The notes below the pieces were generated by a model. It worked only from the letters and a program-made list of their open reading frames with translations, searched no databases and was not told the DNA's origin. From an uncultured Syntrophomonas sp. (GTDB taxonomy: Bacteria > Bacillota > Syntrophomonadia > Syntrophomonadales > Syntrophomonadaceae), in contig CAZOMS010000001.1 of assembly GCA_964580805.1 (NCBI GenBank), forward strand, positions 1-48,342: DNA of 48,342 nt, read 5' to 3'. Of the stretch, positions 26,447-33,823 are shown piece after piece. The position numbers and the translations under genes were made by a program. Position 1 is the stretch's first letter. Each line of letters opens with the position of its first letter.

Positions 26447-29400
26447 ATGAATGAGCACGATCTGGGCAATGAATACAACCTGGCCAGCCTCAAAGAGAGG
26501 GCCAAGGAGCTCAATTGTCTGTACCAGGTGGATGAGATCCTCAACAATGAGCGTCTGTCGCTGCCGGAGATATTCCAGCAGATAACGCTGGTGGTGCCCT
26601 CGGGCTGGCAGTTCCCGGAGGTTTGCCGGGCTATGATCACCTATGACAATTGCGGTTACAGCACGCCCGGCTATGTGAGTTCGCCATGGTCGCTGACCGC
26701 TCCCATCAAGGTGGGCGGCAAGGAAGCGGGGCGGATCACGGTGATGTACCTGGCGCAGGTAGACAGAGGCCCGGAAGGTTATTTCCTGGAAAAGGAACGC
26801 AAGCTGCTGCGCACTATCAGCGAACGCATCAGCCAGACCATCCAGCACCGCTATATGGAACAGGTCATCCAGGAATGGAATACCTCCCGCAGCGGTTTGT
26901 ATCTGGGTGGGGAGCCGGTCAATGAGTGGATGATAATCCTGGATCTGATCGGCCGGACCGACCAGAGCATGCTGCGGCATCTGTGCCGCAAAATGATAAA
27001 TTTCATGTACCTGAACGGAGTGCGGGAGGCCGAGGAAGTCCTGTGGGCGTTCGGCGAAGGCGCCCGCTTCTACGATGACACCCTGGAACAGAACTATCCC
27101 AGCCAGAAATTCCCCTTGGGTGACCTGATCAGCATCACCAATCATGCTTTTAAGATCGCCGCCCGCCACTTGAGCGATGCGGAGATATCTTCGCGGCTGA
27201 GGAAATGGCTCCAGGAGGAAAAGGCTTACCCTTTGATCAAGGCCGTCGATCGCATAAATTCTTCCGTGGCCGAAATCTGCCGGCTGATCAACCGCTACCG
27301 TACTTCCGGCGAGGTTGAGGCTCTGCGCTATTCGCCCATGGAACGCTGGCTGGTGGTGGGCCTGATTAATCGTTTTCTGTCTGACAAACTGGAATTTATC
27401 AATATTGCCCGTCCCTTTCTAGAAATCAATGACTTCTACGAAATAGTCAACCATTTGATATATCCCGAAGGCAGTCGCGGAAAGATCGGCGGCAAGGGTA
27501 CCGGGCTGGTTCTGGCCCAGCAGATAATCGAGAAAAGCAGCCAGGAGAACCCGGCCTTGGGCACCATAAAAGTTCCCAAGACATGGTATGTCGCTACTGA
27601 CGCGCTCAAGGAATTCCTACACCTTAACCGTCTGGAAGAGCTGAGGGTGCAAAAGTATAAAGACCTTTATGAAGCCCGGCTCGATTATCCCAATATCGTG
27701 CACATCATGAAGAATTCTGAGTTTCCACCCGGATTAATCAAGAGCCTGGCCATGGCCCTGGATGATTTCGGTGAAGTGCCGATTATCGTGCGCAGTTCCA
27801 GCCTGCTGGAGGATCAGCTGGGGGCGGCCTTCTCCGGTAAATACAAGAGTCTCTTCCTGGCCAACCAGGGAAGCAAGCGGGAACGCCTGGAAAGCCTTAT
27901 TGACGCCATCGCTGAGGTTTATGCTTCGGTGTACAGCCCCAATTCTATTCAGTACCGGACGGAGCGGGGATTGCTGGACTATCCTGAAGAAATGGGGATA
28001 CTTATTCAGGAAGTGGTAGGTTCCCGGGTAGGGCCTTACTTCGTGCCGGTCTATTCCGGAGTGGCCTTCAGCAACAACGAATTTCGCTGGTCATCGCGGA
28101 TCAAACGGGAGGATGGACTGGTGCGGTTGGTCATGGGATTGGGCACCCGGGCGGTGGATCGCCTGACAGATGATTTTCCGGTACTGGTTTCTCCCGGTGC
28201 GCCCAGTCTGCGGGTCAATATGGTGCCGGAGGAGATCAGACGCTATTCACCCAAGAAGACGGATGTCATTAATTTGGAGAAGAACATCGTGGAAACGGTG
28301 GAGATTGCAGCGTTTCTTAAGGAATGGGGCCATTTGCTGCCACAAGCTCACAGGATCATATCGGTTTATGAGCAGGATTATGTGCGCCCGGCCAATCCTT
28401 TCAGTGTAGACTTCACCCGCGACGAACTGCTGGTCACCTTCGATGGCTTGATAACCGAAACCCCGTTCATGAAACAGGTATACCAGATCATGAAGGTGCT
28501 GCAGGATAAATTGGGAGTGCCGGTGGACATCGAATTTGCCTCCGATGGAGAAGATTTTTACCTCCTACAGTGCCGGCCCCAGAGTTACAGCCAGGAGATC
28601 GCGCCGGCCGCCATACCCAAAGACATCGCCGTCCGCGACATAGTGTTTTCAGCTGATCGCTACGTGTCCAATGGTTTGATCAAAGATATATCCCATATCG
28701 TGTATGTGGACCCCGACGGCTATAGCCAGCTGCAGAGACTGGAGGATTTGGTCAATGTGGGCCGGGCCGTGGGCAAGCTCAACATGCTGCTGCCCAAGCA
28801 CCACTTCGTGCTCATGGGGCCAGGCCGTTGGGGCAGCCGTGGAGATATCCGCCTGGGGGTGCAGGTTAATTATGCCGATATCAATAACACTGCCGCTTTG
28901 ATCGAGATCGCCCGCCAGAAACTCAAATATGTGCCGGAGTTGTCGTTTGGCACCCATTTCTTTCAGGACCTGGTGGAGTCCAATATCCGTTACCTGCCCC
29001 TTTACCCGGATAACGACCAGGTGGTATTCAAAGAGCCCTTCTTCATGCGTTCGCGCAACTTGTTGACCCAAATCTTACCGGAATACAGCCATCTCCAGGA
29101 GGTTATCAGGGTCATCGATGTACCGGCCGAGTATGAAGGTATGGTTTTGAATATCGCCATGAACGCGGAACTGGAGGAGGCGCTCGGCTATTTAGGCCCG
29201 CCTTTGGCACGGGAAGAAGGCTTGGAACCGGATAAACAAACAACTGCCAAGGGCCAGATCGATTTGGTTCCGAAGGAGGATAAATTCTGGCGCTGGCGTC
29301 ATTACATGGCCGAACGCATCGCTGCGGCGGCGGACATGGAACGCTTTGGAATCAGAGCCATCTATCTGTTTGGCAGTACCAACTGCGGTGAGGCTGGTCC

Positions 29401-29653
29401 CGGCAGCGATATCGACCTGATCATTCACTTCCGGGGGTCGGAATCACAGCACAATGAGTTGATGTTGTGGATGGAAGGATGGAGCCTCAGTCTGGCCGAG
29501 ATGAATTACCTCAAGACTGGTTACACCTCGAATGGCCTGCTGGACATTCACATCGTTACCGATGAAGATATTGCCCGAAAATCATCATATGCGATCAAGA
29601 TCGGAGCAGCCACCGACCCGGCCTACCTGTTAAGGTCACGAATCGATCACTGA
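26447..29653 (+). CDS. Multidomain protein: GAF-like sensory N-terminus + PPDK_N (PEP/pyruvate-binding ATP-grasp) domain + C-terminal Pol-beta-type nucleotidyltransferase
   Basis: ATG 26447 follows AAAGGTGA; the upstream part of ORF 26237.. overlaps gdh. The ATP-grasp motifs are GGKGTGL, IVRSSSLLEDQLGAAFSGKYKS and DIEFASDGEDFYLLQCRPQ. The NTase motif is LFGSTNCGEAGPGSDIDLIIHF. I see no phosphohistidine swivel or PEP-utiliser C-domain. Confidence 0.75.
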   Translation: MNEHDLGNEYNLASLKERAKELNCLYQVDEILNNERLSLPEIFQQITLVVPSGWQFPEVCRAMITYDNCGYSTPGYVSSPWSLTAPIKVGGKEAGRITVMYLAQVDRGPEGYFLEKERKLLRTISERISQTIQHRYMEQVIQEWNTSRSGLYLGGEPVNEWMIILDLIGRTDQSMLRHLCRKMINFMYLNGVREAEEVLWAFGEGARFYDDTLEQNYPSQKFPLGDLISITNHAFKIAARHLSDAEISSRLRKWLQEEKAYPLIKAVDRINSSVAEICRLINRYRTSGEVEALRYSPMERWLVVGLINRFLSDKLEFINIARPFLEINDFYEIVNHLIYPEGSRGKIGGKGTGLVLAQQIIEKSSQENPALGTIKVPKTWYVATDALKEFLHLNRLEELRVQKYKDLYEARLDYPNIVHIMKNSEFPPGLIKSLAMALDDFGEVPIIVRSSSLLEDQLGAAFSGKYKSLFLANQGSKRERLESLIDAIAEVYASVYSPNSIQYRTERGLLDYPEEMGILIQEVVGSRVGPYFVPVYSGVAFSNNEFRWSSRIKREDGLVRLVMGLGTRAVDRLTDDFPVLVSPGAPSLRVNMVPEEIRRYSPKKTDVINLEKNIVETVEIAAFLKEWGHLLPQAHRIISVYEQDYVRPANPFSVDFTRDELLVTFDGLITETPFMKQVYQIMKVLQDKLGVPVDIEFASDGEDFYLLQCRPQSYSQEIAPAAIPKDIAVRDIVFSADRYVSNGLIKDISHIVYVDPDGYSQLQRLEDLVNVGRAVGKLNMLLPKHHFVLMGPGRWGSRGDIRLGVQVNYADINNTAALIEIARQKLKYVPELSFGTHFFQDLVESNIRYLPLYPDNDQVVFKEPFFMRSRNLLTQILPEYSHLQEVIRVIDVPAEYEGMVLNIAMNAELEEALGYLGPPLAREEGLEPDKQTTAKGQIDLVPKEDKFWRWRHYMAERIAAAADMERFGIRAIYLFGSTNCGEAGPGSDIDLIIHFRGSESQHNELMLWMEGWSLSLAEMNYLKTGYTSNGLLDIHIVTDEDIARKSSYAIKIGAATDPAYLLRSRIDH

Positions 29654-29691
29654 TCAATACAGTCGGGTGAATAATAAGGTAGAGAGTCACT

Positions 29692-29720
29692 GAGACCGCC
29701 ATACGGCGGTCTCTTTTATC
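29692..29720. terminator. Hairpin terminator shared by convergent genes
   Basis: GAGACCGCC-atac-GGCGGTCTC is followed by ttttat. Confidence 0.7.
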
Positions 29721-29858
29721 CTCGATGTCAACAATGGAATATACTAACCGAAAAAACCAGGTGCAATAAGATAATCACGTTTAGGCTAACGGTTAGTTTG
29801 CGGCATTATGTCGCATACCATTGTGTTCCTTCCGCAAGACAATTGCCTGGATAATGTA

Positions 29859-30752
29859 TTAGACCAAATGACGAATGATCTCATCCGGGTCCCCGTAAAT
29901 GTAATCGATGATGGGGATCTGGATCATGGTATAAGCCCCGGGCTTCTGCTTCAAACTCGCCCGGGCGGCGGCTGCCATGATCTGGGCGGTCAGGGCAGGA
30001 TTATTGATCTTCATGCCGAAACTGAGCAATTGATTATGGGTGGAACCCGATACTCCTTTGCGTTCCATACTGACTCCATGACCCATGTCCAGCAACATTT
30101 CCACATCGGCCACCTGGCTCACGATGGTCTCATCCTTGGCGAAATAAGCATCCTGCTTGATCGCTGTGGCTACCTGTTCAAAATCGGCGCCCGGCTGCAG
30201 CTGCACATAGACCATGCGCCGGTGCACACCGGTGCCCGCCGGAATGGTCATGGACAGGGCATTTGCAACCCCGGGGATTGATTTGGCGGCTACCGAGTGG
30301 CCCATACTCATACCGGGTCCGAAGTTGGTATAGGTTATACCGCGGGGGACCATGAACTCGAACATGCAGCGGATCATGGAATCGGAACCCGGGTCCCAGC
30401 CGGCTGAATTGACGGCTACACAACCATGGGTCTTGGCGATGGCGTCCAACTGGAGTCGCAGGTCGGCCAGTTGGCCGTGAATATCGTAACTGTCGACAGT
30501 GTTTATCCCCTTGGCCAGCAATTGGGGGGCCAATTCCGGTACCGAACGGGTGGGGATGCACAGCAGGGCCACATCCACTGTTTCCAGGTCTTCGATGGCC
30601 GTGACCACTCTGTGAGGGGCGGAATCCTTTCCGGTGGCAGTTGGTTCAACAATACCCGCCAGTTCCATATCCGGTGCGGCCAGCACGGCATCGACGGCAT
30701 AGCGTCCCACATTTCCATAGCCAATTATGGCGGCTTTTATCTTCTTGGGCAT
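29859..30752 (-). CDS. ddh: meso-Diaminopimelate D-dehydrogenase
   Basis: ATG 30752 follows GAGGTG. It reads IKAAIIGYGNVGR, SAGWDPGSDS and NFGPGMSMGHS, as in Corynebacterium Ddh. Confidence 0.85.
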   Translation of the reverse strand: MPKKIKAAIIGYGNVGRYAVDAVLAAPDMELAGIVEPTATGKDSAPHRVVTAIEDLETVDVALLCIPTRSVPELAPQLLAKGINTVDSYDIHGQLADLRLQLDAIAKTHGCVAVNSAGWDPGSDSMIRCMFEFMVPRGITYTNFGPGMSMGHSVAAKSIPGVANALSMTIPAGTGVHRRMVYVQLQPGADFEQVATAIKQDAYFAKDETIVSQVADVEMLLDMGHGVSMERKGVSGSTHNQLLSFGMKINNPALTAQIMAAAARASLKQKPGAYTMIQIPIIDYIYGDPDEIIRHLV

Positions 30753-31202
30753 CAAATACACCTCTATTCCAAATAATCTTCAATGTTCGTCTTTAGCATA
30801 TATAAGGTTGGTGCCGGTGGCAAGGCTATATACAGTATACTTTCTGCCAAATAGTGAGGTTGTATGCTGCCTTGAGGTAGTTCCAGCTGGCGGGAGCACT
30901 GATCAAATCTCTTAATGAGTGTCATGCCGAACATTAGTTAAGCATCTGGCAATGCAAAAAGATCAATAAGGTATTTAAGTGATATCCTTCGCCGCTTTCG
31001 GCTCCTCAGGATGACCAAACAAGTTGTTTTTTCAGTGGCCGCACAATTGCCTTTGTAACTGACAGCTTGATACCGTAGAATGCAAATATGGGAAGGTCTC
31101 TGTAAGGAAACGGGATGGTCTTAAGGGTGGGAAGCTTCCCGTATTTTACCCAGGCACTGATGTTGTTGGCAGGGGGTACTGGAGAAAGGAGGACGAGCAA
31201 AC

Positions 31203-31775
31203 GTGGATATTTTTACAACCCTGAAAGAGAGATGGAGTTGCCGGAATTACAAAAACCAGGACATCGAAGTGGATACTCTGATGAAAATCCTAGAGGCTGG
31301 CGGTTGGGCGCCTTCGGTCATGAACCTGCAGCCCTGGAGGTTTTACGTCATCAAGAATGCGGCTCTTAAACAACAGTTGAAGGAATCCTGCGAAGCGACG
31401 GCTCAAACCATTTTTGCCAGGAGTGGTTGGAAGTGGGTCTCCAAGTATTCGTTCGAGTTCCTGGTGCAGGCCCCGGTCCTGATAGCGGTAGCGGCCGATC
31501 CCAAAGATACTGGCGCGGACCAATTCATCAAGGAACAGGGGACCGGCTATGCTTATTCCTGCTGCGCGGCGATCCAGAATATCATGCTGGCGTCTCATGC
31601 TCTGGGAGTGGATACCCTTTGGTTCTCTCTCTATGACACCCCGGCCGCCAAAGAAATCCTGGGGATACCGCCTCATTTGGATCTGGTGAGCATCGTGGTG
31701 GCCGGCTACAGCGCCGAACCGGAAAAGCATCTGCCCCGAAAACCGGTAGTTGATCTGACGGTAATCAAGGAATAA
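31203..31775 (+). CDS. Nitroreductase-family protein
   Basis: This is a 190-aa ORF with a GTG start after AAAGGAGG. It reads RWSCRNY...APSVMNLQPWRFYVI. Confidence 0.8.
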   Translation: MDIFTTLKERWSCRNYKNQDIEVDTLMKILEAGGWAPSVMNLQPWRFYVIKNAALKQQLKESCEATAQTIFARSGWKWVSKYSFEFLVQAPVLIAVAADPKDTGADQFIKEQGTGYAYSCCAAIQNIMLASHALGVDTLWFSLYDTPAAKEILGIPPHLDLVSIVVAGYSAEPEKHLPRKPVVDLTVIKE

Positions 31776-32237
31776 TGGTGATCTCATAATCCCCACCTCT
31801 CCTTCAGCCAGCTCTGCCAAATCATCCCCGCGGAGATGCGCTCCCGGGTCTGGTGCATGCACCTGGATGAGGTGTTCGATGTCCAGGCTGCCGAACAGGC
31901 CGGATTTAAGGTGGCCCGCAGCGCCTTGTGATTTGGCTCCGATATTATACGAACTACCGGAGCCCCCTTTTTGTTCAGCGATGGTGATCCGAACAAGCCG
32001 CTCTTGCCTGGCAGACGCAGGCCAATAATGCAATGCACGCCAGAGGGGTGCACTATAGACCGGCGGGCTCTTGAGGCTTTCGTCAACAACGGGTTATAAT
32101 CATGTTCAGAGGAAGGGTTTGGCAGTTTGAGGAGCGGCGCATGCTTCAACTCGCTCGGTATTGAGCGGACCGGAGTGCAGGTGGGTGGCCGGACCCTGCT
32201 TTCCCCTACGGAATCATGGGTGAGAGGAGAACCAGGC

Positions 32238-33113
32238 ATGGCTGTGCGAATATTTACTGACAGCACCGCTTATATCAGCGTTGACCAGCAGGTAGAACTG
32301 GGCATCCGGGTCATACCCCTGAGCGTGCATTTCAGTGATGAGTCCTTTGAGGAGACCCAGGTCGATTATGATTATTTCTACGGCAAGATAGAAAAAACGG
32401 GAGAAATACCGACTTCTTCCCTACCCCCGGTTGGGGACATGTATAGTGATTTCAAGGAAATAGTCCAGTCCGGCAATGAAGTGCTGGCCATTTTTATTTC
32501 CTCCGCCATGAGCGGGACCTATCAAACCGCAGTGAGTGTAAAAGAGCAGCTGATACAGGAAATACCGGGCGCCCGGATCGAGGTGCTGGATTCCCGCACC
32601 AATTGCATGGCCCTGGGGTTGCAGGTTTTGGAGGCAGCACGCTGCATCAAAGCCGGACAGAGGATCGATAGTGCTATACAGGCGGCAGAGAACACTCGGG
32701 AGCGGGTACATTTCTACTTCGTGCCGGAGACCCTGGAATATCTCAGGAAGGGCGGCCGTATCGGCACCGCCTCGGCCCTGCTGGGGACTATACTCAAGAT
32801 CCGCCCCATCCTGACCGTCGATATGAAAGCCGGTATGACCCATCTGTGGGGCAAAGCCCGGGGGACGGCAGCAGCTGTGCAGCGTATGCTGGAGTTGCTG
32901 GAAGCGGATGCCCGGCGTTATGGGCTGCGGGAGATCATCGTCCATCACATAAATGCGCCGGAAAGGGCGGCCCAACTCAAACGACAACTAACAGATAAAT
33001 ATCATTGTCCCATCACTATCTGCACCATTGGTCCGGTGATCGGATTACATACTGGATTAGGGACCATTGGGATTGTATATACCACGGAGGCGGTCCCGTC
33101 AGGATTGGCGTAG
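32238..33113 (+). CDS. DegV-family fatty-acid-binding protein
   Basis: ATG 32238 follows GAGAGGAG. It reads VRIFTDSTAYIS...IRVIPLSVHF, SSAMSGTYQ and LRKGGRIG. Confidence 0.85.
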   Translation: MAVRIFTDSTAYISVDQQVELGIRVIPLSVHFSDESFEETQVDYDYFYGKIEKTGEIPTSSLPPVGDMYSDFKEIVQSGNEVLAIFISSAMSGTYQTAVSVKEQLIQEIPGARIEVLDSRTNCMALGLQVLEAARCIKAGQRIDSAIQAAENTRERVHFYFVPETLEYLRKGGRIGTASALLGTILKIRPILTVDMKAGMTHLWGKARGTAAAVQRMLELLEADARRYGLREIIVHHINAPERAAQLKRQLTDKYHCPITICTIGPVIGLHTGLGTIGIVYTTEAVPSGLA

Positions 33114-33306
33114 TTGTCAGGGCCGATTGGCTGGTATTTCCGTCTCGTCTTGCGGGGAATCGGTTCAGGCTTAGGTTGAAAGCCAAGTACCAGTGTAATT
33201 GTCAATGGGTCAACCGATAGCTGGAAGGCAATGGGTTCGGGTCGTTGTCAACCAAGGTTTCTTGGCGGGACATCGTTGTAAATCAACTGGATACCAGGTT
33301 GAAATA

Positions 33307-33341
33307 GGGGATGGCCAGATCCGAAGTCTGGAGCCATCCCC
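33307..33341 (-). terminator. Hairpin terminator after the half-ferritin gene
   Basis: GGGGATGGCCAGA...TCTGGAGCCATCCCC, with TATTT following on the minus strand. Confidence 0.55.
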
Positions 33342-33356
33342 TCATCATTCCTATGG

Positions 33357-33671
33357 TTACTGCAAAGGCTGCTGGAAATTTTGAGCCTGTTGGTCCTGGA
33401 TCTTCTGAATCCCCTGCTGGACGTAGTCCTCCTGGCTGGGATCCAGCATCATCATCAGCTGCTGCAGTTCCCCCACATGACGCCTCTCTTCATTAACGAT
33501 ATGGGTGAGTATCTTTTTCACTCGTTCATCATCAGTGGCCTGAAGATGGGCTTCATAACCCATGATGGCCTCCAGTTCGGCGGCAATATCGAACCGCAGG
33601 GCTTGCAACAGCTCCGCTTGGTTCATCTTTTTGGGGATGTTCCCTACAAAGGGATCTCCAATTTGGGGCAA
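33357..33671 (-). CDS. EncFtn-like half-ferritin (two-helix ferritin-like protein)
   Basis: This is a 104-aa ORF with a TTG start after GAGGTGA. AAELEAIMGYEAHLQATDDERVKKILTHIVNEERRHVGELQQL carries the ExxH di-iron half-site pattern of encapsulated ferritins. Confidence 0.65.
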   Translation of the reverse strand: MPQIGDPFVGNIPKKMNQAELLQALRFDIAAELEAIMGYEAHLQATDDERVKKILTHIVNEERRHVGELQQLMMMLDPSQEDYVQQGIQKIQDQQAQNFQQPLQ

Positions 33672-33823
33672 ATTCGTTCACCTCGCTTTCGATTTTATTT
33701 TATCCAATTGGGTTAAATATTATGGTTGCCGGAAGGTTTGGAATAACCGCGTGCTGCCCGTCCGCAACTGACCAAAGCAGGGGCTTTATGCTATCATGCA
33801 ATTGATTGTCCTAGAATTATCTC

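Noticed and set aside
30753-30960. Possible lysine (L-box) riboswitch upstream of ddh
   Set aside because: The reverse-complement leader lacks the AGAGGCGC / GGGAGCGTCGCCGAAG-type conserved segments. Nothing supports an L-box.
31290-32033. 247-aa minus-strand ORF
   Set aside because: Two thirds of it run antisense through the nitroreductase gene, which has clear family motifs and a strong RBS. Only its 5' third is discussed, as a possible remnant.
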